A DNA stretch of 64,000 nt, from assembly GCA_963663475.2 (NCBI GenBank), contig CAXXJV010000001.1:2656001-2720000 (forward strand), read 5' to 3'. Position numbers and translations under genes: made by a program. This document shows, piece by piece, positions 49,233 through 59,280 of the stretch. The notes beneath the pieces were generated by a model. It was not told where the DNA came from. It did no database searches and worked only from the letters and a program-made list of their open reading frames with translations. Origin of the DNA: Candidatus Cloacimonadales bacterium. GTDB lineage: Bacteria > Cloacimonadota > Cloacimonadia > Cloacimonadales > JAFGVF01. The stretch's first letter is position 1, and each line of letters starts with the position of its first letter.

Positions 49233-52160
49233 ATGTCAAATAGTAATTTAAAATTCAGTTTGATGATTGATATAGATAAGGCTCGTAGAGCTATCTCTGT
49301 AATACAAAGTGAGATAAGTGATGTTCGAAAATCATTGGGTAATAATGTTAAGCTGGATATTGATGTAAGTGAGGCTGAAAGCAATCTTGACGATCTTGAT
49401 GGTAAGACTGTTAGTGTTGACGGTGATGCTTCAGGAGTAGTTGATTCTGCTTCTGATGCCCAGGGAGCCATTGAAGAAGTTCCTGATGAAAAAGAGACCA
49501 AGTTTGTGGGCGATGGTCAGCCACTTATTCAGACTATGAGCCAGATAACTTTAGCATTAGGTGGATTATCAATGCTGTACGGTAAAGTCAAATCCGCATT
49601 AGGTGGGTATGTGAGTGCTTCTTATACTCAAGAAAAGGCAGAGTTAGACATTATAAATGCTATGAGAGTTAAAGGTACTGCTACTGAAAAGAATGTTGAT
49701 TTAGTTATGAAATTAGCTAGCGAGACTCAAAAGCTAACTACTGTAGGTGATGAGGAAAGTATGCAACTTCTTACTCTTGCAACTAATATGGGGCTTGCTA
49801 CAGATAAGATGGAAGAAGCTTTACAAGGTTCAATAGGATTGGCTACAGCTTTTGCATCTGCAGGACTTAGCAGAGAGACTGCCATGAAAGGAATAGCTCT
49901 TGCTTATGAAGGTGAGTTTACTCAACTCCAGAGATATATCCCTGCATTGCAGAGTGCTAAAGATGAAACTGAGAAGATGGCTATATTACAAAAAGCTATG
50001 GCCGATGGTTTCGAGTTATCTAAAGCAGAGACAGAAAGCGGTTCAGGTGCAATGGTTCAATATCAAAACTTAGTAGGTGATCTGAGAGAGAAAGTTGGTG
50101 ATTTTATAAATCAAGCTCTAACTCCTTTAATAAAGGTCCTTACTAAAGTCGTTAGCTTCTTGAATGATTACCCAGGTCTTGTAAAAGTGTTAATATCTGT
50201 ATTAGGCGTACTTGCTGTTAGGATAGCATATCTTACAACAAAACAAATAGCCCTAAATGCAGCTAAGGCTGTTGGGGTTGCTTTAACTGGTAATTGGGTT
50301 TCACTTGTAGCAGCTGCTGCAATTGGTGTAGGACTTTATGCCTCTTCAGTAGTATTTGCTGAAGAAAAACAGACTAATTTTAATGAAGCTATTGATGAGT
50401 CTAACAGAGGTATAGAGAATCAAGAGGAGAGGTTTAAAAGACTTACAAAAGAGGCTAGAGCTTATGCCGATACATTAGATTATGCAACAGCTAAGAAAGA
50501 TTTGCAAGATATTAGTGAATCTATAGATAAGCTTTATGCTTCGGTAGGAGCTGATAGAGATAGTGATATAATATACTTTCCTAATGATGATGCTGATGAA
50601 TTCTACAATAAACTGAATGAACTGGAAGCCAAAGAAGCGGTATTAAAACAAAAGATAAGAGATGCTGATGTTCAAGCTACAAGAGATTATTTTGCTGAGA
50701 AGGAACGTCTGCAGTATGAGGCAAGTCTTTCAGGTATAGAACTCTACCAGTATAAGATAAGTCAGCTACAATCTGAATATGATGCTCTTGGAAAGCTTGA
50801 TGCTGAAAATGCTGAAGCTAAATTAGATTTAGACAGACAGATGTTAGTATATAAAAAACAAATTGCTGATGAAGAAAAGCGAATCAAATCAGAGGCACAA
50901 GTTGCAGAAAGCATAGAGGAAGAAAAGTCTAAGCAAGCTTTGCTTGATTCTCTCAATACTAAGAAGTTAGAGATGGTTCAATATTATGCTAACCTTCAGC
51001 AATTATCAGCTATAAGCTATGATAAAATGAAAGCTGACTTTGCTAACTACCTTAAAGAAGTAAAAGAAGCTTATGGAGAAGAAAGCCAGGAGTATCAAAC
51101 TACAAGAGATGAATTAGAAAGCATTCAGAAAGCAAGCCAGATGAGGATGATTCAGGAGAAAGGGAACTTTATTTCTAGAATTAATGCTTTAGATTCAGAT
51201 TCAAACTCAAAGCTCTTAAATCAATATGAAAACTTAATGGCTGAGCTTAAAAGACTATATAAAGAAGATAGTGATGAATATGAGAAGTATAGAGATAAAA
51301 TTAATCAGTTGTCTTCTGAAGAAGCTCTATCAAAATTTGATGAAGAAGATGATGGGCTTGAGGATAAGATAAAGAAAATCAAAAAGTATTATGACTTAAA
51401 TCATGATTGGCTTATTGAATCAGGTAAAACAGAAGTTGAAATTGAAGAAGCCAAAAGTAAAGCTATCCTTGCTGTAAGAGTTCAACAACTCCAAAGCTCT
51501 GTAGCAATAGGTGCAAAGCTGATGAATGCTTATCAAGGTCAATCTAAATCACTATTTTCAATTGGTAAAGGCTTATCAATAGCACAAGCAACAATAAGTG
51601 GTTTCGAGGCTGCAGCTAGAGCATTTAAAGATTATCCTTTCCCATTCAATATGATTGTTGCAGCCACTCAGGGAGCTCTAGTAGTTGCAGAAATTAGCAA
51701 AATTAAAAACACAAAATATATTCCTAAGGCAGAAAAGGGTGGTCTAGCAGGTTTGCTTGCAGGACCTTCACATGCTAAGGGAGGTATTTTGATTGAAGCT
51801 GAAGGGGATGAGTTTATTACTAGAAAGCAGAGAGTTAGAGAACTTGGTGTGCCATTCTTTGAATTCTTGAATAATGCACCAATTAATAAGGTTAAAGAGG
51901 CTTTAACTGGAATACAATTACCAACGATGAATATCCCTGCTGTTCCTAAAGTAGCATACGCTTCTGGTGGTTTAGTATCTTCAAACAATTCTTTCATTAA
52001 TGATCTAATCACTGAAATCAGATCTTTAAGACAAGAATTTAGAGAAAAGAATATGACTGTAAATAACTACATCTCTGCCAATGAAGTAATTGATAAGGCT
52101 GATAGTGCTAAATTTAATGAAAAGAATGAAGAAGGAAGTATTGTGAGGAGCAGATGGTAG
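49233..52160 (+). CDS. Tape measure protein
   Basis: 975 aa helical, TM stretch, C-terminal GG...GPSH..GGI.IEAEG.EF motif. Confidence 0.9.
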   Translation: MSNSNLKFSLMIDIDKARRAISVIQSEISDVRKSLGNNVKLDIDVSEAESNLDDLDGKTVSVDGDASGVVDSASDAQGAIEEVPDEKETKFVGDGQPLIQTMSQITLALGGLSMLYGKVKSALGGYVSASYTQEKAELDIINAMRVKGTATEKNVDLVMKLASETQKLTTVGDEESMQLLTLATNMGLATDKMEEALQGSIGLATAFASAGLSRETAMKGIALAYEGEFTQLQRYIPALQSAKDETEKMAILQKAMADGFELSKAETESGSGAMVQYQNLVGDLREKVGDFINQALTPLIKVLTKVVSFLNDYPGLVKVLISVLGVLAVRIAYLTTKQIALNAAKAVGVALTGNWVSLVAAAAIGVGLYASSVVFAEEKQTNFNEAIDESNRGIENQEERFKRLTKEARAYADTLDYATAKKDLQDISESIDKLYASVGADRDSDIIYFPNDDADEFYNKLNELEAKEAVLKQKIRDADVQATRDYFAEKERLQYEASLSGIELYQYKISQLQSEYDALGKLDAENAEAKLDLDRQMLVYKKQIADEEKRIKSEAQVAESIEEEKSKQALLDSLNTKKLEMVQYYANLQQLSAISYDKMKADFANYLKEVKEAYGEESQEYQTTRDELESIQKASQMRMIQEKGNFISRINALDSDSNSKLLNQYENLMAELKRLYKEDSDEYEKYRDKINQLSSEEALSKFDEEDDGLEDKIKKIKKYYDLNHDWLIESGKTEVEIEEAKSKAILAVRVQQLQSSVAIGAKLMNAYQGQSKSLFSIGKGLSIAQATISGFEAAARAFKDYPFPFNMIVAATQGALVVAEISKIKNTKYIPKAEKGGLAGLLAGPSHAKGGILIEAEGDEFITRKQRVRELGVPFFEFLNNAPINKVKEALTGIQLPTMNIPAVPKVAYASGGLVSSNNSFINDLITEIRSLRQEFREKNMTVNNYISANEVIDKADSAKFNEKNEEGSIVRSRW

Positions 52161-53548
52161 ATTATAGAGTAGAGTTTATTAGAGCTGAATTTGGCTTTAA
52201 TCCTGTAGTTTATAACTTCAATACTGGTTTAGTTAATATAGAATACTCCCCTCAGAAGGTAGCTATCAATAACAACTTTGACCAGGAACCTGATAGAGTT
52301 GAAATTGAGATTATCCTGGATGATTGGCTTAAGGCTAACTTGGTTAATGGACTTGAAGTTAGAAATGCTATTAGTAGCTATGATATTAAGGTTTATAGGG
52401 GTAATATCCTTGATTTTAGAGGTGCTGTGCTTTTAGAGGGACTTGGATTTAAACATCCTGATAAAGTGCTTAAATTTAAGGCTTATTCCTATTCATATTT
52501 GCTGAGTTTAGAAAAGGACACTACTTACTTCCCTGCTAATAGGACTTTAGATCTTATCATGAGTGGGATAAGTCAGAAGGTAGCTGAAAGGTATAACAGA
52601 ACTTCTAACTTCCTAGATAAAAACATTATCTATAATAATACTGAGCTGACTGATTATCCTTTCTATGAGATAGCCTCCTTTTATGAGACTGCCTGCTTAG
52701 AAAGGACTTCAGATATTGGTTATGACAGCTATACTCTTCCTTTTCACAATGATGCTATAATAATTAAGTTTAGGAGGATTGATTGGGTTATCACAGAAAG
52801 AGATGTACTTAATCAAGGAGATAACGACTATACTTTATTAATGAGGAGTTTTGTTGCTGAAATATCAAATAAAGTCTGTATTGATATGGATATCCAGAGT
52901 GAGAAGATTGGAGTTTATTCTTCTCTTGATAGTGCTAGAAACGCTATTGAAACAGCTAAAGAAGATTATCCTGAACACTATGAAGACACTTCTTGGATTG
53001 GCAGGAGAGAGTATTCCTTCCTTGAGATATACGGAACAACTTATAAGGTTGCTTCTGATAACAGAACTCTTACAATTTCAGGCAAGGTATTTCCAACTTC
53101 TTTAATCCTAAAATCTGATAATAGAAAGTATCTTACTGCCTTAAAATGCTTCCTGGTAATTCATAACTTCACTATTATCAAAAGAGAGGCTGATGGCTTC
53201 TTAAGGATAGTCAGGAACCACTGGGGTAATACTGATCATGGAGATCTAACAAGTGATGTAACTGAATGTGAGGAGATTAGAAATTTTAAGCAGATAGTAC
53301 CAGATTTTAGCTGTTTAGATGCTCTTTACAACTCTGCTGAACCTTTAAAAATTCTCTTAACTGACTATTATACTTCAATTGCTAATAAAGCAATCAAATA
53401 TAAGCTTAAAATAGATGATATAAACAAGAATAACCTGTCTGTCTTTGATATAATAAGAGTTAAGGAAGAACAGTTATTCCTTACAGAGCTTAAAAGAGAT
53501 TATGTCAAAGATGAATACCAGGCAATAGCATGGAGGACTAATGTATAA
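52154..53548 (+). CDS. Tail tip/hub protein
   Basis: Beta-rich, directly after the tape measure gene. Confidence 0.55.
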   Translation: MVDYRVEFIRAEFGFNPVVYNFNTGLVNIEYSPQKVAINNNFDQEPDRVEIEIILDDWLKANLVNGLEVRNAISSYDIKVYRGNILDFRGAVLLEGLGFKHPDKVLKFKAYSYSYLLSLEKDTTYFPANRTLDLIMSGISQKVAERYNRTSNFLDKNIIYNNTELTDYPFYEIASFYETACLERTSDIGYDSYTLPFHNDAIIIKFRRIDWVITERDVLNQGDNDYTLLMRSFVAEISNKVCIDMDIQSEKIGVYSSLDSARNAIETAKEDYPEHYEDTSWIGRREYSFLEIYGTTYKVASDNRTLTISGKVFPTSLILKSDNRKYLTALKCFLVIHNFTIIKREADGFLRIVRNHWGNTDHGDLTSDVTECEEIRNFKQIVPDFSCLDALYNSAEPLKILLTDYYTSIANKAIKYKLKIDDINKNNLSVFDIIRVKEEQLFLTELKRDYVKDEYQAIAWRTNV

Positions 53549-53984
53549 TAAAGAAGTAAGATTTATCAGAATAGCTTCCAGTGTTTCAATGCTTACCTTA
53601 GAACATGCTGAAGTAGATTATTCTCCCCATAAGAAGTACTTAATTGATAAGACTAATGCCTATGATCCTACAATAATGATTAGGAGAGAGCCTTATTATG
53701 AAGATAGCTTTAAAGTTGATGCTATTCTAAATACTGATCAATATAACGAGCTTAAGGACTACCTAATGGAAGAAGGGAAACTGTATATAGAATATTATGA
53801 TGAGACTGGTAAGAAGCAATTCCCTGTGATTATAGAGAAATACCCTAGTCAAGTTGATGACTTAAGATACTTTACTGAAGTAACAAGAATTGAATTAAAA
53901 GCAATATATAAAGAACTATCTCCTATTAACTATGATGAGGCTCCTGGGTGGGGTAATTCATGGGGTTTAAGCTGGGGATTCTAA
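53541..53984 (+). CDS. Distal tail-like protein
   Basis: Position; ends in GWGNSWGLSWGF. Confidence 0.5.
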   Translation: MYNKEVRFIRIASSVSMLTLEHAEVDYSPHKKYLIDKTNAYDPTIMIRREPYYEDSFKVDAILNTDQYNELKDYLMEEGKLYIEYYDETGKKQFPVIIEKYPSQVDDLRYFTEVTRIELKAIYKELSPINYDEAPGWGNSWGLSWGF

Positions 53985-53996
53985 AAGGAGGATAAT

Positions 53997-54734
53997 ATGA
54001 CTGAGACAACTAATTATGGCTTAAAAAAGCCTGCTGAAGGCTCTTCTGGATGGGCTAATGATGTGAACGGAAACTTTGATGCGATTGATTCTAAAATGAA
54101 AGCTAATGAAGGGATTGGAGATGCTTTAAGTGAGCATTTATCAGGTACTCCAAGTAAGCATACTGCAGAACAAATAGATTCTCAAACTGCTGATGCATTG
54201 GTAAATGATAGTTTGGAAAGTCTGTTATTAGCTATTGTCGGGACTACTAACCCTGGTGAATTTACTAGGAATTTGAAGGATTTGAGTGATCATTTATTTA
54301 CTGGAGGACACTCGGCTAATTCAATATTATGTAGTTATGGTCAATGGGGTCTATCATATGGAAGTAATGTTTATCAGTTATTGGATTTGATATTTGGAAG
54401 AATGCCTTATATGTATGATTTGAGATATGTAGCAGATAATACTTCTGTTGATATTAATGAAAGCGTATTAAAGAATTTTGCTTATCTTCGCTCAGATTTA
54501 CGAGGATCTGTATCCACTGGCTTAGCAATCCAAATTCTTAAAGATGAAGGTGACTTCTATGTTCAGGAAAACACCATCACTACTAAGATATATAAGAAAA
54601 TAGAAGACTATGCTGGTATTACTAAAGAGCATTTGGATAAGATTAATATAGGTGGTTTAACGGTTGGTTCTACCTATAAAATTATTGTATGGTTTAAGAG
54701 AATTGATGCTTCAGGACCTGAAGATCCATTATAA
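53997..54734 (+). CDS. Tail fibre/receptor-binding-like protein
   Basis: N-terminus MTETTNYGLKKP...W...VNGNFDAID typical of fibre anchors; last phage gene. Confidence 0.6.
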   Translation: MTETTNYGLKKPAEGSSGWANDVNGNFDAIDSKMKANEGIGDALSEHLSGTPSKHTAEQIDSQTADALVNDSLESLLLAIVGTTNPGEFTRNLKDLSDHLFTGGHSANSILCSYGQWGLSYGSNVYQLLDLIFGRMPYMYDLRYVADNTSVDINESVLKNFAYLRSDLRGSVSTGLAIQILKDEGDFYVQENTITTKIYKKIEDYAGITKEHLDKINIGGLTVGSTYKIIVWFKRIDASGPEDPL

Positions 54735-54743
54735 TATTTTATT

Positions 54744-54912
54744 AAAAGTCTGCAAAATTAAATGAGAAATTTCTCTTCTTTTTTTGCAGACTTTTATTTT
54801 TTTACATTCATTTTAAACAATTTCTCATTTATTCTTGCGGACTATTAGAATAGGATTTAACTACTTTTCTCTTTTTTTCTTGCGGATTTTCTCTTTTATT
54901 TTTGCGGATATT
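54744..54912 (-). promoter_or_regulatory. Right-end array of putative transposase binding sites
   Basis: Reverse-complement copies of the left-end consensus (e.g. 54821-54846 = AATAGTCCGCAAGAATAAATGAGAAA on minus) plus one forward copy at 54744-54770. Confidence 0.78.
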
Positions 54913-55039
54913 AAAAATTTCAAACTTAATTTTCAGCCCTATTAGCAGTCTTAATCTCCAAAAAATAAAAATGCTAATAATAATTCTTGACAGTTTTGAA
55001 CCATTGTTCATTATGGCACTATAAAATTTAGGAGTTAAT

Positions 55040-55486
55040 ATGCCCAGACCGAAAATTAAACGTATGGTGGCCAGTCCTCCTCGTTTCAATAGTTTTAAAC
55101 CTGTTGGTGTGCGAAGAAGTAACCTAGAAAAAATAGTGATTAGTTTAGATGAAATAGAAGCTATCAAACTAGCTAATTATGATAAGCTAGGACAGCAAGA
55201 AGCATCTGAAGAGATGAGTGTTTCTCGTCCTACTTTTACTAGACTTCTAGACAGTGCTCAGCAGAAGATAGCTGATTTCTTAATCAATGGGAAAGAGCTA
55301 GTTATTGAAGGAGGAAATATTCACTTTAGAGAGAATTTTTATGAATGCCTTGATTGTGGGCATAAGTTCAAAATAGATATAGAAATCGATGTAAAACAAT
55401 GTCCTTCATGTGGTTCTAACAACCTACTTGATTTTGCTGGCAGATTTGGCCATGGTAGATGTTGTCGCAGAAGAGGACGTAAATAG
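55040..55486 (+). CDS. DUF134 family DNA-binding protein with Zn ribbon
   Basis: MPRP...FKP.G...DE.EAI.L....L.Q.EA...M.VSR.TF.R; CLDC...CPSC. Confidence 0.9.
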   Translation: MPRPKIKRMVASPPRFNSFKPVGVRRSNLEKIVISLDEIEAIKLANYDKLGQQEASEEMSVSRPTFTRLLDSAQQKIADFLINGKELVIEGGNIHFRENFYECLDCGHKFKIDIEIDVKQCPSCGSNNLLDFAGRFGHGRCCRRRGRK

Positions 55487-55494
55487 GAGGAGAA

Positions 55495-55803
55495 ATGCCT
55501 TTTAGAGATGGAAGTGGACCTAATGGTGATGGACCAATGACAGGTCGAAGAATGGGAAACTGCAATGCCAATCTAGATCAGAATGATGCCTACGGCTTCA
55601 GAGGAAGAGGATTTGGTAGAGGCTGTGGAAATGGAAGAAGAAACGGCGGTAGGGGTTTAGGTTACCGCCGAGGAAATGGATTTGAAAACTTTGAAGACAG
55701 TCCCGCTTCATATAACAAATCCTATTTAGAAAGTATAGTAAATTATCTATCAGACAAGTTAGATACTTATAAAAAAAGACTAACTGAGTTAGATAACAAG
55801 TAA
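55495..55803 (+). CDS. DUF5320-like Gly/Arg-rich protein
   Basis: MP.RDG.GP.G.GPMTGR..G.C. Confidence 0.85.
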   Translation: MPFRDGSGPNGDGPMTGRRMGNCNANLDQNDAYGFRGRGFGRGCGNGRRNGGRGLGYRRGNGFENFEDSPASYNKSYLESIVNYLSDKLDTYKKRLTELDNK

Positions 55804-55886
55804 AATATATAAATCTAGTAAGATGTTTTTAATTATAAAACATCTAAGAGTCAAATAACTTTAGACCCGCAATCGAGGTATTAATT

Positions 55887-56750
55887 ATGTATAGAATTGC
55901 CATAGCAAGTGGGAAGGGAGGAACAGGAAAGACAACTGTTTCCACTAATCTTTCTCACTATTTAGCCCAAAGTCAATCAGTATTATTAGCTGATATGGAC
56001 GTAGAAGAACCTGATTCACATATTTTTGTAAATGGTGAATTATGGCAAGAAAAAAAAGTTTTTAAAGAAGTTCCATACTTACTTGCAGACAAGTGTGTTG
56101 CATGTGGAAAATGTAAGCAGGTATGTGCTTTTAATGCCATTACCATGCTAGGAGATAAGGTTTTATTTTTTAATGAACTATGTCATAGTTGTTATTCTTG
56201 TATTGAATTATGTCCCCAAGAGGCTATTCAAATGAAAGACCAAGTTTTAGGTAAATTTACTGAGATTAAAGATAACAATTTAACTTTCTTAGAATCTAGA
56301 TTAGATATTGGTCAAGAACAAGCTGTCCCCCTAATCAAGCAAGGATTTGCCTATATGGATGAAAATATTCCTTGTGATATTGGAATAATAGACTCACCTC
56401 CAGGTTCATCTTGTCCTGTAGTGGAGACAGTCAAGAATTGTGATTATGTCTTTTTAGTTACAGAGCCTTCTCCCTTTGGACTAAACGATCTTAAAATAGC
56501 TGTAGAAACAGTCAAATTACTTAAGAAGGATTTCTCTATAATCATCAATAAAGATGATGGAGAGGAGAATCTAATTAGAGATTTTTGTCGGAAAGAAAAC
56601 CTAGAATTACTTGCAGCCATACCAGAAAAGCAATCTATTGCTGAACTTTACTCAAGTGGTGCTTTGATTTATCAAGAAGACCAAGATTTCTTGAATGAGA
56701 TTAAGAAAATTGAAGATAAAATTATCAGTCTAACAAGGGGGAGAAAGTGA
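55887..56750 (+). CDS. MinD-superfamily P-loop ATPase with 4Fe-4S ferredoxin insert
   Basis: SGKGGTGKT, D.DVEEP, CVACGKC...C, D.PPG.SCP. Confidence 0.9.
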   Translation: MYRIAIASGKGGTGKTTVSTNLSHYLAQSQSVLLADMDVEEPDSHIFVNGELWQEKKVFKEVPYLLADKCVACGKCKQVCAFNAITMLGDKVLFFNELCHSCYSCIELCPQEAIQMKDQVLGKFTEIKDNNLTFLESRLDIGQEQAVPLIKQGFAYMDENIPCDIGIIDSPPGSSCPVVETVKNCDYVFLVTEPSPFGLNDLKIAVETVKLLKKDFSIIINKDDGEENLIRDFCRKENLELLAAIPEKQSIAELYSSGALIYQEDQDFLNEIKKIEDKIISLTRGRK

Positions 56751-57625
56751 AGGAAATAGTAGTTATTTCTGGTAAAGGCGGAACAGGTAAAACAACTATT
56801 ACTGCAGCTTTAGCCTATCATTTAAAAGATAGGTGTATTGTAGCAGACTGTGATGTTGATGCAGCAGACATGCATTTAATCTTCTCAAATAGAGCAATTG
56901 AGAAACGCAGGTTTTATAGTGGTAAAGAAGCTGTTATCAATCGAGAATTATGCAAGAATTGTGGTTTATGCCAGGTCAAATGCCGCTTTGATGCCGTAAT
57001 TTCTTTAAGCAATTATAAAAAGATAGATCCCTTAAGTTGTGAAGGCTGTGGATTATGTTCTCATATCTGCCCTCATAATGCCATAAGTATGGTTGATAGG
57101 TTTGTTGGAGATTTTTACATATCAGAAATCAGAACAAATACAAAGATGGTCCATGCTAAATTATTACCTGGTGGAGAGAACTCAGGCAAACTAGTAGCAG
57201 AAGTTAAAAAAGAATCTAAGCTACAAGCAGAGAAAGATAAGAAAGATTTTATTATTGTTGATGGTTCACCTGGTATAGGCTGTCCTGTCATATCCTCCTT
57301 AAGCGGAGCAGATATGGCCCTCCTAGTCACTGAACCAACCATGTCAGCCCTTCATGACTTAAAAAGAGTTGTGGAACTCTTACAGAAGTTTCAGATTCCA
57401 GCTGCTTGTATAATCAATAAGGCTGATTTAAATAAAGATATTTCGCGGGATATTAAAGACTTTTTACAAGAAAATTCTATTAACCTATTAACTGAATTTG
57501 CTTATAGTAAAAACTTTATCCACGCAGTTAAGAGTGGGCAAGCCATTAATGAATATGATCCTTACTACACCAAAGATCAAATTTCTATGGTTTGGAATAA
57601 ATTAGAAGAACTAGTAAATAAATAA
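56747..57625 (+). CDS. MinD-superfamily P-loop ATPase with 4Fe-4S ferredoxin insert
   Basis: SGKGGTGKT, DCDVDAAD, CEGCGLC, DGSPGIGCP. Confidence 0.9.
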   Translation: MKEIVVISGKGGTGKTTITAALAYHLKDRCIVADCDVDAADMHLIFSNRAIEKRRFYSGKEAVINRELCKNCGLCQVKCRFDAVISLSNYKKIDPLSCEGCGLCSHICPHNAISMVDRFVGDFYISEIRTNTKMVHAKLLPGGENSGKLVAEVKKESKLQAEKDKKDFIIVDGSPGIGCPVISSLSGADMALLVTEPTMSALHDLKRVVELLQKFQIPAACIINKADLNKDISRDIKDFLQENSINLLTEFAYSKNFIHAVKSGQAINEYDPYYTKDQISMVWNKLEELVNK

Positions 57626-57648
57626 ATAAATAAATATTGGAGATAAAT

Positions 57649-57993
57649 ATGAAAATTGCAGTAAGTACAAAGGGTAAAGACAAAGAAGCTATGTTAGAAG
57701 CTCGTTTTGGTAGAGCAGACTTTTTTGTAATTTATGATACAGAAACAGAAGAATATTCTTATATTGATAATCAAGAGATTCAACAAGCAGCTCATGGTGC
57801 AGGACCTCAAACTTCCCAAAAGGTATTTGATGCTGGAGTTAATGTTGTTCTTACAGGAAATGGTCCTGGAAAAAATGCCTTCCAAGTTTTAGAAGCTGGA
57901 AATATTAAAATGTACCTATGTAAAGAAGATATTTCAGCCCAAGAAGCTGTACAAAAATATCTTAATAATGAATTAGAAGAATTTCAAAATTAA
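57649..57993 (+). CDS. NifB/NifX family cofactor-binding protein
   Basis: MKIAV...RFGRA.FF...HGAG...G..GP.A. Confidence 0.88.
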   Translation: MKIAVSTKGKDKEAMLEARFGRADFFVIYDTETEEYSYIDNQEIQQAAHGAGPQTSQKVFDAGVNVVLTGNGPGKNAFQVLEAGNIKMYLCKEDISAQEAVQKYLNNELEEFQN

Positions 57994-58148
57994 ACAAAAT
58001 GGTGCAGTAGAACTTTGATAATACTTCGCTAAAGTTACGCATCACAGGTAAAAAGTGCTAGATTCTTTTAGCAAAATAAGATTCTGTTATTCGCGAAGGT
58101 CTACTGCATTATTTGGGTTAAAATACATTAATTAAATTAGGAGAAAAT

Positions 58149-58487
58149 ATGAAATTAATCGTAGCATTACCAACAGAAAACAAACAGATATGTGCCCATT
58201 TTGGTCACTGTGAAGAATTTGCTTTCGTAACTACTGAAGATGGAAAAATTACAAATATCGAATGGGTAACTCCACCACAACATGTGCCTGGCCTTTATCC
58301 TAAATTTGTAGCTGAAAAAGGTGCAAACATTGTTATCGCTGGTGGGATGGGTAACAAAGCACAAGAACTTTTTAAAGAAAATAATGTAGATGTTTATTAT
58401 GGAGTTGAAACAGATAGTCCTGAAAACATTGTTAATACATATCTTAAAGGTGAGCTCGTAGCTGGTAAAAACCTCTGCGACCACTAA
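58149..58487 (+). CDS. NifB/NifX family cofactor-binding protein
   Basis: HFGHCEEF...H.PG..P...IAGGMG...CDH. Confidence 0.88.
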   Translation: MKLIVALPTENKQICAHFGHCEEFAFVTTEDGKITNIEWVTPPQHVPGLYPKFVAEKGANIVIAGGMGNKAQELFKENNVDVYYGVETDSPENIVNTYLKGELVAGKNLCDH

Positions 58488-58506
58488 ACTTAATACTCTC
58501 CAATCC

Positions 58507-58541
58507 AAAAGCGGGTGCAAAAAAAACACCCGCTTATTTTT
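58507..58541. terminator. Intrinsic terminator between convergent genes
   Basis: AAGCGGGTG...CACCCGCTT followed by a T-run. Confidence 0.75.
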
Positions 58542-58550
58542 ACTTATAAG

Positions 58551-59054
58551 TTACATCTTATAAAACTCTGTCTTTCCTGAAGGATAGATTAATTCAACAG
58601 TTTCTCCATGAAATTTAGCTACTACTTTACTCTCTCCGTCTTTTTCTAATATCCATTCTTGGTCTTGGGAATTAAAGACAAAACTCATATAGTCTCCTAT
58701 ATTCTCTCCATCAAGAGCAACTAAGTCAAATCTATTCTGACTAGCAGTAAGTTCATATCTGCCCTCTTTAGTAGTAATAATCCGAGAATCAATTTCACCA
58801 ATTTTCATTGTTAAAGGATTATCACCTGTCCAAAACTCAACTAGATTGAAGAATGCAGCATCAATTAATGGAGCAGTCATATAAATAGGAATGATTACCA
58901 TACCCCAGCCAACTGCAGATTGGATATACTTATCACCTACTGTACCATTCCAATTATAGATCTTTCTGGTTAGATTAAAATTACCATAACATCCTGATAA
59001 GAGAATTGTTACCAAAAGTAATGATAATATGATAGACTTTCTTAAACTTTTCAT
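58551..59054 (-). CDS. DUF3332 family lipoprotein
   Basis: LSGCYGNF.LT.K...WN...D...FN.VEFWTG.NP. Confidence 0.85.
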   Translation of the reverse strand: MKSLRKSIILSLLLVTILLSGCYGNFNLTRKIYNWNGTVGDKYIQSAVGWGMVIIPIYMTAPLIDAAFFNLVEFWTGDNPLTMKIGEIDSRIITTKEGRYELTASQNRFDLVALDGENIGDYMSFVFNSQDQEWILEKDGESKVVAKFHGETVELIYPSGKTEFYKM

Positions 59055-59280
59055 TATTTCTCCTTTTATTAGTTAATTATTATATAAAATGATTTTTTTT
59101 TAGTAAATTGCAAATTATATTTTGTGAATGAAGACGTCTCATTTGGATCTAGCACTTAGGGTTGCTAATCAGAGAAGAGTCTTCCCTATAACTCTATCAC
59201 TCTTTGTATTTATTTAATAATTTACTTGACTTATCCTCACCATATTTTTTTATTTTAAAAAAGACTAAAGGGAGTTATGA

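Larger units (their letters stand above)
22600..54950. mobile_element. Mu-like transposable prophage, about 32 kb, non-contractile tail; exact termini approximate
   Basis: Repressor, MuA, MuB, GemA, DUF3164, portal/MuF, terminase, capsid, tape measure; end-repeat arrays at both sides; host genes outside. Confidence 0.92.

Noticed and set aside
22302-58110. The two ~110-bp copies as attL/attR
   Set aside because: They are diverged, the right copy lies inside a host operon 3 kb beyond the phage end, and the phage encodes a DDE transposase rather than an integrase
55040-58487. Nitrogen fixation cluster
   Set aside because: NifX-like and Fe-S ATPase genes form a common anaerobe operon; no nifHDK in the window
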